Of a DNA stretch of 64,000 nt, positions 19,504-28,241 are shown in pieces; position 1 is the first letter of the stretch, and each line of letters begins with the position of its first letter. A program made the position numbers and the translations under genes. The DNA is from Acidimicrobiales bacterium (GTDB lineage: Bacteria; Actinomycetota; Acidimicrobiia; Acidimicrobiales; SZUA-35). The notes under the pieces are model-generated. The model searched no databases, was not told the DNA's origin, and saw only the letters and a list, made by a program, of their open reading frames with translations. Location of the stretch: the NCBI GenBank assembly GCA_020630195.1, contig JAHDBV010000008.1:877-64876 (forward strand), in the 5' to 3' direction.

Positions 19504-21002
19504 GTGGATGGCTCCAGATGGATCGGGAAACGGGTGCGGATGGCGGCCTCGGCATCGACGGCGAGGTGGTCGGGTCGGCCGCCGGCGAGGACGTCACGCA
19601 CGCGGGCCGCGGCGAGGTCCCAGAGTTCGGGCGAGCCGGCGGCGACCCATTCGTCGACGGAGCGACGGTCGCCGAGGCCCGGGTAGACGTACTCGGACCG
19701 CATGAGCTCGAGGGTCTGCGCCTGGCCGAGGTAGTGACCGTCGCCGGTGACGACGTCCTCGACGATGGCGAGATCGAGATAGCCGGGATCGACCTCGACG
19801 CCGCGCACGCTGCGCAGGATCGCGCCGCACATGTCGTCGTCGATGACGAGGCTCTCGGGGCTCGCCACCATGATCGAGCCGAGCATGCCGACCGAGAGCT
19901 GGACCATGTCGGCCCCGGCCTGGGCCGACAGCGCGACCGTGTAGCCCTTCTCGTAGCCGGCCTGGCTGTCGGCGGTCTTGGCGTCGGTGATGCCCGCCGA
20001 CACGGCGTGGGGCAGGTCGAGATCGCGCAGCAGCTGGGCGGCGGCGGCGCTCGTGACCGCCGCTTCGCCACTGCCGCCGGTCATCGCCCCGCTGCGCAGA
20101 TCGGAGATGAACGGCATGAACGCGTGGATGCAGGGATGGCCAGGCCGGATGGCATCGGCGAGCACGACCCCGGCGAGGATCTCGGCGAGACCCTGGGCCA
20201 ACGATCCGGCGAGCGACGGCGGGCTGGTCGCACCGGCCTGGCCGGCCGAACAGGTCTGGATCACCATGCCGCGCTCGATCGCCCGCTCCATGATCTCGCA
20301 CCCCTCCGGCGAGAAGCGCAGTGGCGGCACCACGTGGACGACGACGGCCATCGAGAACGGTTGGCGGGCGAAGGCTCCCTCCGAGCCGAGGGCGACGTCG
20401 AAGAGGTCGACGACGGGGTCGACGGTGTCGACCGAGGTGAAGCTCACCCCGGTCGGCTTGGAGGTGGCGGCGGTGATGGCGAAGGCCGTGTTGAGGTCGA
20501 GTTCGAGCGGGTCGACGACGTCGCGGGCGACGAGTGTACGGAGCCCGTAGTGGATGTTCGGGCTCGTATCGAGCACCCGCATCATCGACCAGAGGTCACC
20601 GAGCTCGGAGTCCCGGAAGCCGCCGGTCTCGGCGTCGAGCACACGGACCGCTGCGCCGCCCGTGCCGACGTGCACATGGCCACCGCCGACGGTGAGCCCG
20701 CGATCGGCGGTGAATCCGGGCAGGTCGACGCGGGACGGGGCTCGTTCGAGCGCGGCCTCGACGACGGCACGGGGGAACAGGAGTCGACCGTCGTGGCGTT
20801 CGGTGGCGCCGGCGGCGAGCAGGCGGTCCCGGGCGGCCGGGGGAGCGTCGGCCATGCCGATCGTCGCGAGGATGTCGAAGGCGTGGTCGAGGACGGCGTC
20901 TCGGTGCGGATCCGACAGCGGGCGATACGCACCGCCCCTGGGCGGGGCCGTGATCGGCGGCGGCCCGGCCGGTTCGCGACGCCGGCGTCCCGCGCGGCTC
21001 AA
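19500..21002 (-). CDS. MttB-superfamily methyltransferase, non-pyrrolysine member (quaternary-amine/trimethylamine methyltransferase family)
   Basis: 500-aa uninterrupted ORF, apparently with a TTG start. It has the basic N-terminus (SRAGRRRRE...) and overall pattern of the MttB family (…FDILATIGM…VGTGGAAV…SAGQAGATSP…AGADMV…). There is no in-frame TAG. Confidence 0.85.
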   Translation of the reverse strand: MSRAGRRRREPAGPPPITAPPRGGAYRPLSDPHRDAVLDHAFDILATIGMADAPPAARDRLLAAGATERHDGRLLFPRAVVEAALERAPSRVDLPGFTADRGLTVGGGHVHVGTGGAAVRVLDAETGGFRDSELGDLWSMMRVLDTSPNIHYGLRTLVARDVVDPLELDLNTAFAITAATSKPTGVSFTSVDTVDPVVDLFDVALGSEGAFARQPFSMAVVVHVVPPLRFSPEGCEIMERAIERGMVIQTCSAGQAGATSPPSLAGSLAQGLAEILAGVVLADAIRPGHPCIHAFMPFISDLRSGAMTGGSGEAAVTSAAAAQLLRDLDLPHAVSAGITDAKTADSQAGYEKGYTVALSAQAGADMVQLSVGMLGSIMVASPESLVIDDDMCGAILRSVRGVEVDPGYLDLAIVEDVVTGDGHYLGQAQTLELMRSEYVYPGLGDRRSVDEWVAAGSPELWDLAAARVRDVLAGGRPDHLAVDAEAAIRTRFPIHLEPST

Positions 21003-21143
21003 CGCTCGGTCCTCTGTCGGATGGGCGGCTGCCGGTCGGAGCCGGGGTGGGAGCTGACCAAGACGGATGATCCTGCCACGGTCACCCGAGCGACGGCGGG
21101 TTTCGGTACGCCGGTCATCACACTGCGGAAGCCCGGCGCCGAC

Positions 21144-22079
21144 TCAGGCGAGGTACGGCGTCGCCGGGTTGATCAGGCCCGGTCGCAGCTCGTATGCCTC
21201 GGTCGGGCCCCACGTGCCGGCGTCGGGGTGGCTGCCCCGGACCTCGTCGATCTCGAGGACGAGCGTCCGGGTCGAGTACTCGTCGGCGGCCGGTGACGCC
21301 TCGACGCGGCCCCGGCCGGTCAGATGCAGGGTGCGACCCGTCGTGGGGTCGAACGTCATGACGCCGAGCCGGTCGTCGAGCAGCAGGTTGCCGAGCGTCT
21401 GGAACATGCCGTTGCCGGTGTAGTCGGGCATCGAGATGGTCCGGTCGTCGACGACCGTGACGAACCCTGGCGGGCCGCCCCGGTGGGTCGGATCGACCCC
21501 GTGGCGTTCGTGGAAGCTCGCGAGGAACACCATGTCGGTCGCGGCGAGCTGATCGCAGTCGTCGGCCGAGAGCCGCTCGTCGCGACGCCCCGGCCGGCCA
21601 GCGGCGCTCGACGGTCGTTCCGGGTCGTGGTCGCGCTTCGCGATGTACTTGTTGCAGAGGCCGAAGTTGCGGTGCATGCGGTAGGTGATGCCGCCGCGGG
21701 CGTCGACCTCGGCCATGCCGAGCGACTTCGCCCTCCGCCGACGCGACGGCTCGAAGTAGAGGACGCCGAGGTGGCCGGTGGCGGCGATCGCCGGGATCAG
21801 CGGGTCTCCGTCGACCCGTGCCGTCGAGATGCCCACCGTCGTCGGGTCGAGCACGGTGAACAGCTCGCCGGCCCGCCCGAAGAACGGGGAGGCCCACGCT
21901 CTGCCGTCGGCGTCGATGGAGGCGCCGACGGAGAAGGTGCGTCCCGACACGAAGCGGACCTCGTTGTCGCTCAGCTCGGGCCGGAACGCCTCGTCGACCA
22001 TGCGATCGAAGGCGACCGTGTCGACCCCGGACTCGGCCTGGATCCGGGCTTCACCCTCGTGGAAGTTCCGCAGCGTCAT
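21144..22079 (-). CDS. pyridoxamine 5'-phosphate oxidase-like FMN-binding split-barrel protein
   Basis: 311-aa ORF. Shows FHEGEARIQAESGV...MVFLASFHERHGVDPTHRGGPPGFV...YTGNGMFQTLGNL, the PNPOx-like pattern. Confidence 0.7.
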   Translation of the reverse strand: MTLRNFHEGEARIQAESGVDTVAFDRMVDEAFRPELSDNEVRFVSGRTFSVGASIDADGRAWASPFFGRAGELFTVLDPTTVGISTARVDGDPLIPAIAATGHLGVLYFEPSRRRRAKSLGMAEVDARGGITYRMHRNFGLCNKYIAKRDHDPERPSSAAGRPGRRDERLSADDCDQLAATDMVFLASFHERHGVDPTHRGGPPGFVTVVDDRTISMPDYTGNGMFQTLGNLLLDDRLGVMTFDPTTGRTLHLTGRGRVEASPAADEYSTRTLVLEIDEVRGSHPDAGTWGPTEAYELRPGLINPATPYLA

Positions 22080-22111
22080 GGTCCGACGCTACGTCGGCGT
22101 GGTCGGTGCCG

Positions 22112-23032
22112 TCAGTCGTCGCCCAGCACGACGGCGGCGATCGCGACGTCCTGGGCGGCGATGCCGGTGAGATCGGCGACGGTGCGTTGCCCCGCGGTGG
22201 TCCGACCCCGCGCGGTGCCCGCCAACACGGCGCCGAGTTCGACCACCGCCGCGGTCGGCGGCAGCATCGAGCACTCGCCGTGATCACGACACTGGACCAC
22301 GCTGTCGGCCACGACGAGCTCGGCGGCGGCCAGCAGATCGGGGGAGAGTTCGTGTTTGCCCGGGGCGTCGGCTCCGACCGCCGTGATGTGGGTGCCCGGG
22401 CGGATCATGGCGGCGTCGAGCAGCGGCTCGGTGGCGGCGGTGACGGTGGCGATCACGTCGGCCTCGGCGCAGGCCGAGTCGAGATCGGGGGCGACCGAGG
22501 CATCGTTGCGGGCCGCCACCTCGGCGGCCCGGGAGGCCGAGCGACCCCACACCCGCACCTCGTCGAGGTGGGGGAGGAGGGCACGGTGCCAGCGGATCTG
22601 CTGGTCGGCCTGGATGCCGGTGCCGACCACGAGCAGGCGGGTGGCGTCGGGCCGGGCGAGTGTCCGGGAGGCGACGGCGCCACCGATGCCGGTGCGCACG
22701 TCGGTCAGGGTCATCTCGTCGTGCAGCACCGCCCGCACCTCACCCGTGCGGGCCGACAGCACGATCGAGGCGCCGTTGTTCACGGGCGGACCGGTCGGGT
22801 CGTCGCGATTGCCCGGGAATCCGGTGGCGATCTTCACGACGAACACGTCGTCTCCCCGTCGGTGCCCGATCTTCACGTGGCAGTCACCGCCCACAGCGTC
22901 GAAGACGAGATGCCCCACCGGCGGGAGCTGGACCTCGCCGCGGCTCGCCGCCACGTAGGCGGCCTCGACGGCGGCGGCCGCCCGGTCCGGGTCGAGTCGT
23001 CGGGCCAGCTCGTCCCGGTCGAGCACGATCAC
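22112..23032 (-). CDS. ornithine cyclodeaminase / mu-crystallin family protein
   Basis: 306-aa ORF. Shows ...LTDVRTGIGGAVASRTLA...LLVVGTGIQA (Rossmann)...ITAVGADAPGKHEL. The GTG start overlaps the upstream stop (GTGA). Confidence 0.85.
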   Translation of the reverse strand: MIVLDRDELARRLDPDRAAAAVEAAYVAASRGEVQLPPVGHLVFDAVGGDCHVKIGHRRGDDVFVVKIATGFPGNRDDPTGPPVNNGASIVLSARTGEVRAVLHDEMTLTDVRTGIGGAVASRTLARPDATRLLVVGTGIQADQQIRWHRALLPHLDEVRVWGRSASRAAEVAARNDASVAPDLDSACAEADVIATVTAATEPLLDAAMIRPGTHITAVGADAPGKHELSPDLLAAAELVVADSVVQCRDHGECSMLPPTAAVVELGAVLAGTARGRTTAGQRTVADLTGIAAQDVAIAAVVLGDD

Positions 23033-24171
23033 GAGATCGTTCCCGCGTGGGCCTCGAGGTGGGCGGTCATCGCAGCGAGTCCCTCATCGAGGCCCCGGCG
23101 GCCGTAGCCGAGCCGGAACCGGTCGGTGATCGTCGGGCCGACGTCGGAGCGGTAGATCGACGACGGCAACAGCAGGACCCCGGCCTCCTCGACCAGGCGG
23201 CGACAGAACTCCTCGACACCGTCGGCGCCGAGATACCGGGGGAACCCCATGCAGGAGCCGTCGGGGCGGACCCACTCGAACCGGTCGGCGAAGCGAGCGA
23301 AGAAGGCGTCCCACTTCGGCAGGTTCTCGTCGATGATCCGGTTGTTGCGGGTGATGATCTCGTCCTTGTGCTCGAGGGCGATGATCGCCAGGCGTTCACT
23401 CGGGCCCGAGTTGCAGATCGAGGTGTAGTGCTTGAGCTTCTCCATCCGCGCCAGCAGCTCCCGGTCCTTCGAGGCGATCCAGCCGATGCGCAGCCCCGGC
23501 AGGCCCATCGACTTCGACGTGACACCGAGCGAGAGCCCACGTTCGTAGACATCCGCGACGAACGGCAGATGCTCGGTCCCGGTCGGGCCGAGTCCATGGA
23601 AGATCTCGTCGTGCAGCAGGTGGATGCCGTGGTGGCGGCAGAGCTCGACGAGGGCGTCGTAGCGATCCCTCGGCAGGATCGTGCCGGTCGGGTTGTGGGG
23701 GAAGTTGATCGTGAGGAGCCGGGTCGACGGGCGGATCTCGGCCGCGACGCGATCGATGTCGAGCGACCAGCCGTCGTCGGGGTCGAGTGGCACACCACTC
23801 ACCGAGCCGAGTGCGCCGGGCAACGACTCGTGGCTCTGGTAGTTGGGGGTGACGACGATCGCATGGGCGTCGGGGTCCATGAGCACGGCGTTGGTGGCGA
23901 AGATGCCCTCACTCGCCCCGGCGAAGCACAGGACCTCACCCGGCTCGATGTCGTCGTAGGTGGCGGCGATCGCCTCCCGCAGGTCGGGTGCGCCCCAGGT
24001 CTCGGTGTAGCCGAGCCACATGTGCTCGAAGGCGTGGCGCTGCTCGTCGGTGGCGAGGGCGAGCAGGTCGGCGAGCGACATCGCCTCGGCGTCGGAGGCG
24101 GTGAGGTGGTGCTCGGCGGCGAACTCCCACCGCGCGAAGTGGGTCTCGAGACGGAACTCGGGGAGCTGCAT
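23029..24171 (-). CDS. PLP-dependent aminotransferase, class I/II fold
   Basis: 380-aa ORF. Shows ...NFPHNPTG... and ...SKSMGLPGLRIGW (PLP lysine region). Confidence 0.85.
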   Translation of the reverse strand: MQLPEFRLETHFARWEFAAEHHLTASDAEAMSLADLLALATDEQRHAFEHMWLGYTETWGAPDLREAIAATYDDIEPGEVLCFAGASEGIFATNAVLMDPDAHAIVVTPNYQSHESLPGALGSVSGVPLDPDDGWSLDIDRVAAEIRPSTRLLTINFPHNPTGTILPRDRYDALVELCRHHGIHLLHDEIFHGLGPTGTEHLPFVADVYERGLSLGVTSKSMGLPGLRIGWIASKDRELLARMEKLKHYTSICNSGPSERLAIIALEHKDEIITRNNRIIDENLPKWDAFFARFADRFEWVRPDGSCMGFPRYLGADGVEEFCRRLVEEAGVLLLPSSIYRSDVGPTITDRFRLGYGRRGLDEGLAAMTAHLEAHAGTIS

Positions 24172-24269
24172 GGCGGCGCAGCCTAGGAGGGCACTGGTGG
24201 CCGCTTCACGAGACCTTCACGGTCATCTCGGTACACGTGACACCGATGGAGATCCGAGGAGCACACCCC

Positions 24270-26765
24270 ATGTCCCATGATGACTGCGATCCCCGATGCC
24301 GTCGACGCCGCACGGTGGTGTTCGCCGTGGCGCTCGCCGTGGCGATGGTCGCCGGAGCCTGTGGCCGGTCGGACGCCGCGGCCGGCCCGGCCTCAGGCAC
24401 CCCGACGACGGTCGCGTCGGCGGTGGTCGATGGTGGGTCGACCGAGTTCGTCGACGACGGCCCACTCCACGGACGGCTCCTCGGGCTGGGCGACTCGATC
24501 TTCGACTGGCTCCACGAGGACGGGCAGGAGGTCCCGCAGGTCGCCGCGGCGGCGCTCGGCCTCGACGTCGTCAACGAGGCCGTCGCCGGCGCCCTCGTCG
24601 CCAATCCCGAACCGGAGCTGGCGGCCGAGGGCCTCGACATCCGGGCCCAATACGACCGACTCGGCGACACGGCGTTCGACTGGGTCGTGATGAACGGCGG
24701 CTTCAACGACCTGAGCAACGAGTGCGGGTGCGGGGCGTGCGCCGAGGTGCTCGATCGCCTGATCACCGACGACACCCGGTCGGGCGAGATGGTCGACCTG
24801 ATCGAACGGATCGTCGCCGACGGACCGCAGGTGCTGTTCGTCGGCTACGTCGACTTCCCGGACGAGTCCGGCCTGACCGACTGTGAGGAACGACTCGCCG
24901 TCTACAACGAGCGCCTCGGGCGGCTCACCGAACGTGTCGACGGTGCCTGGTTCGTCGACGGCGCCGAGGTCGTACGAGGCGAGATGTTCGATGCCTTCGA
25001 CCCCGATCTGCTCCATCCGAGCGTCGAGGGTGCCCGTCTCCTCGGGGATCGGGTTGCCGCGAGGATCGCAACGGTCGACCCCCGGTTGGACGCGGATGTC
25101 GCCGAGGAGCGCGAGGACCCGGCCGACGTGTCGACCGAAACGACCCCGCCCGGTGTGGACACCGAGTGGATCGCCACCGGTGGACTGCACTACCCGCTCG
25201 AGTGGATCGAGGACGAGAGTTTCGGCGCCGGATTCTCGATGTACGTCGCGGCCTGGCCGTTCCAGCAGACCCACGCCGGACCGGGCTACCAGACCGGCCT
25301 CCCGTCGACCTGGCTCAGTGCCGGCAGCTCCGATGGCGCCGGGGTCTACTCGACGATCGAGGGTGGCCTCGGCTGGTGGACCGGCACCCGGTTCCCGATC
25401 GAAGCACCGAAGTTCACGATGGGCGGCGTCTCGGCGGACTTCTACGAGTGGGCCAACGGACCGGGCGCCGGTGGCGGCACCGGTGTCGACGTCGACTCCC
25501 AGGAGTGGCGATGGGATGAGCCCGAGGGCAAGTACGGCATTGCCCAGCTCTCGAACCGGGTCCTCTTCCCGCCGGACGCGCTGAACCTCGACGCCGACGC
25601 CGACGGCGGCCTGTTCGGCTACGGCTACCACCCGCTCCCGATCGTCGACGCCCGCACCGTCGACGGGCCGGAGGGGACGATCGAGGTCGGCGACCAGAGC
25701 TGGACCGCCTTTCTGAGCACGGCCGACTTCCAGGGCCCGCTCGCGTTCTTCCTGCCGGAGTTCTTCACCAAACCCCTCGTCCACGACACCGAGTACGCCG
25801 GTCGATTCGGGACGAGCCCGTTCTTCGACTCGAACCCCTCCTCGCCGAACCACCCCGTCGACGTCGAGACCCACGATGTACCCGCGGCCCAGGTGGCGGC
25901 GTCCGACGGCACGGTCTACGCCAAGATCCCGGCGACCCAGTTCCCCGACAACGGAACCGGCGACGACTCGATCATCCTGGACTCGATCACCTCCTACGGC
26001 TCCGATGCACTGGGCGCCGCGGTCGCCGAGTGGTTCGAGGGCGGGCCGGCTCCCTCGGGCGCCTTCGCACCCGACGCCGCCGTGGTCAAGGACTTCGAGC
26101 AGCTCGAGACGCGGGACCACTTCGGCTGGACCATCATCCCCGTCGGGCTCGAAGACGGCTCACCGGAGCACCTCATCGACTTCGCCGCCTTCACCGACGT
26201 CGATCTCACCGACCCGACCACGTTCCGCTACCGCTTCGACCTCGACTGGGTCGACCGGGTCGACGGGCAGTTCGTGATCCCGCAGTACTACCGACTCGTC
26301 GACGACGACACGGCACCCTTCGGACGGATCTGGACGCCGGTGCGCGAAGCCGACGTGCCGCCCGAGACCGGGCTCCTCGACTTCGTGTTCGACGCGGCGG
26401 GCGTCCGAGGCGACACCCGGCCCTTCGAGACGCCGACCGACCCCGACAGCCCGTGGATGTCACCCGGCCCGAGCAGCGAGACCTTCCGGTCCGAACTCGG
26501 CGACGGGAGCGTCGTCACCTATGCCTGGTACCGCTTCGTCGACCAGCCGGCGATCGTGCACGCCGGCTTCACCGACGCCGAGCGGGCTGCCATGCAGGAG
26601 CGGGTGGAGGCGATCCACCGCGAGTGGGGTCCGGATCGGACCTACCTCGCCCCGCCCTCGACCGGCGAGCTCGCGTCGCTCGACCCGGGTGTGCTCGTCG
26701 AGCCGCCCCCGGGGCTGGAGATCGGGTACGTGCCGATCGTGACGCGCCAGGAGCTCGCCGGCTGA
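24270..26765 (+). CDS. secreted lipoprotein: N-terminal SGNH/GDSL hydrolase domain plus a roughly 550-aa C-terminal region of unrecognised family
   Basis: The ATG at 24270 is preceded by GAGGAG; GTG at 24237 is an alternative. Signal peptide RRRRTVVFAVALAVAMVAGAC has a lipobox-like Cys. SGNH blocks are present: GLGDSIFDW, NGGFNDL, DLLHPS. The remainder has no motif I recognise. Confidence 0.75.
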   Translation: MSHDDCDPRCRRRRTVVFAVALAVAMVAGACGRSDAAAGPASGTPTTVASAVVDGGSTEFVDDGPLHGRLLGLGDSIFDWLHEDGQEVPQVAAAALGLDVVNEAVAGALVANPEPELAAEGLDIRAQYDRLGDTAFDWVVMNGGFNDLSNECGCGACAEVLDRLITDDTRSGEMVDLIERIVADGPQVLFVGYVDFPDESGLTDCEERLAVYNERLGRLTERVDGAWFVDGAEVVRGEMFDAFDPDLLHPSVEGARLLGDRVAARIATVDPRLDADVAEEREDPADVSTETTPPGVDTEWIATGGLHYPLEWIEDESFGAGFSMYVAAWPFQQTHAGPGYQTGLPSTWLSAGSSDGAGVYSTIEGGLGWWTGTRFPIEAPKFTMGGVSADFYEWANGPGAGGGTGVDVDSQEWRWDEPEGKYGIAQLSNRVLFPPDALNLDADADGGLFGYGYHPLPIVDARTVDGPEGTIEVGDQSWTAFLSTADFQGPLAFFLPEFFTKPLVHDTEYAGRFGTSPFFDSNPSSPNHPVDVETHDVPAAQVAASDGTVYAKIPATQFPDNGTGDDSIILDSITSYGSDALGAAVAEWFEGGPAPSGAFAPDAAVVKDFEQLETRDHFGWTIIPVGLEDGSPEHLIDFAAFTDVDLTDPTTFRYRFDLDWVDRVDGQFVIPQYYRLVDDDTAPFGRIWTPVREADVPPETGLLDFVFDAAGVRGDTRPFETPTDPDSPWMSPGPSSETFRSELGDGSVVTYAWYRFVDQPAIVHAGFTDAERAAMQERVEAIHREWGPDRTYLAPPSTGELASLDPGVLVEPPPGLEIGYVPIVTRQELAG

Positions 26766-26815
26766 GGCTCACTCGCCTGGCGAGCCCGAGCGCCGCTGGA
26801 CCGTTGCGGCGTCGG

Positions 26816-28081
26816 TCAGCCCGTGGGTGCGCTCTCGTTCCGTACGCCGCTCGCCCCGATACCGAGCGGTGCACTCCTGCCGCCGGCGCGCGCCCTGCCG
26901 ACCACCTCGCGAAGCGTGAACGGCGCGGCGAGGTCGGCCGGGCTGGAGTCGGGTCCCAGCTCGCCGACTCTCACGTAGTCGCCCCGATCCGAGGCGAGCC
27001 GGAACTCGACCAGCGCACCCGCGGGCTCACCCGGTCGTCCCGTCGCGCCGAACCCGTGACCCTCGTTGGTCTGGCCGTAGGTGACGGCCTGGAAGCCCAT
27101 GCGATGCAGCAGCTTGTCGCTCGCTCGTTCGAGGACGTCGGGCCGCACGGAGAGCATCCAGTTCTCCTGCTGACGAAGGGCGTCGATCTGCATGCCGTTC
27201 AACATGACGATCCGTGGGGTGTCGGTGTGGTTGATGCCCGTGCTGTGCAGGATCCGGCCGTCGATCATCACGATCGTTCCGGCCTCGGCGTCGAGATTGA
27301 TGGCCGGGGGCAGCACACCGACCGGCTCGCCCGAGCGCATCGCGTCGGTGAGCACCCGATGACTGCCCGGGATCAGCAGTGTCCCGCCGTTGGTCTCGTC
27401 GATGTCGGTGAGCGGCGTGAGCAGATTGAGGGTGAGCGGGTGCGGGGAGTCGGGGGCGATGCCCTGGTCCTGGTGGAGCGCTTGTGGGACCCCGCCCTCG
27501 AGCGAGATCGCGGCGATCAGCGAGGCGCAGATCCAGCCCTTGCCCAGTGCCTCGTCGACGAGCTGCTCGATGAGCGGGCCGCCTTGCACGAGGTCGGGAT
27601 CCTGCTCGATCAGTTGCTCGAAGCACCGACCCTTGTTCACGCAGCAGTTGATGTTCTGGCCGCTCTGGGTCTTCTGGGCGATGCCGGCCAACCGCTCTCC
27701 CTCCGCCTGGGCGAGCACGCGGTCGCGGAGCATCTCGACCCGGTCGGGAGCGATGGCGCCGTCGATCTTGCAGTAGCCCCAACGCACGAAGTCGCGTCGC
27801 AGTCGATCGATGTCGCGTGTCGCGATCGGCAGATCGACGTCGGCCCAGTCCGGATGCTTCGCTCCGGTCGTGGTGTCGTAGTACGACCCGGGACGGAACT
27901 CCCACTGGCCCCATTCACTGCTTCGCTTCGGCGGCACGAAGTAGATGTCGGGATTGTTGGCGAGGACCGAGGCCATCGGTTCCTTCGTCGTCACCTCGTC
28001 GTGGTACATCCGTGCCTCGGGAGCGGAACGAGCCGCCACGTCGGCGGGATCGAACTCGGTCGGGATCGACACTGCTCGCAT
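26816..28081 (-). CDS. phytanoyl-CoA dioxygenase (PhyH) family oxygenase
   Basis: ORF 26816..28243, with the ATG at 28081 chosen as start. ALHQDQG...(HxD), NGGTLLIPGSH, IDGRILHSTG (distal His). Confidence 0.8.
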   Translation of the reverse strand: MRAVSIPTEFDPADVAARSAPEARMYHDEVTTKEPMASVLANNPDIYFVPPKRSSEWGQWEFRPGSYYDTTTGAKHPDWADVDLPIATRDIDRLRRDFVRWGYCKIDGAIAPDRVEMLRDRVLAQAEGERLAGIAQKTQSGQNINCCVNKGRCFEQLIEQDPDLVQGGPLIEQLVDEALGKGWICASLIAAISLEGGVPQALHQDQGIAPDSPHPLTLNLLTPLTDIDETNGGTLLIPGSHRVLTDAMRSGEPVGVLPPAINLDAEAGTIVMIDGRILHSTGINHTDTPRIVMLNGMQIDALRQQENWMLSVRPDVLERASDKLLHRMGFQAVTYGQTNEGHGFGATGRPGEPAGALVEFRLASDRGDYVRVGELGPDSSPADLAAPFTLREVVGRARAGGRSAPLGIGASGVRNESAPTG

Positions 28082-28241
28082 CTCGGCACCAGCCTTCGTC
28101 ACTCGGAGATGCTGCCGAACGTAGGTCGGCACCGGCGGCGGCGCCACCGGCGGCCGTCGGTGACCGGCGAGGCGGACGGCCACGACACGGCCGGGGGACG
28201 CCGCTGAACGCTCGTCCAGGCCGGTGCTAGGTTGCGCGGCC

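Noticed and set aside
19500-21002. Possibility that the MttB-family gene uses an in-frame amber codon (pyrrolysine)
   Set aside because: The ORF is continuous over the full family length with no in-frame TAG, and no pyl genes are visible. It is a non-Pyl member.
17728-21296. ORFs 17728..19686 (+, 652 aa), 18566..20071 (-, 501 aa) and 19518..21296 (+, 592 aa) overlapping the DMGDH-like and MttB genes
   Set aside because: They are Arg/Gly/Pro-rich translations mirrored by strongly family-like proteins in the accepted minus-strand frame. The accepted frames also show a GTGA-coupled junction, which supports them.
24393-28207. ORFs 24393..26120 (-, 575 aa) and 26030..28207 (+, 725 aa)
   Set aside because: They are antisense to the SGNH lipoprotein gene and to the PhyH gene respectively. 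Their composition is junk (runs of R, G, P, D, V) and they have no motifs.
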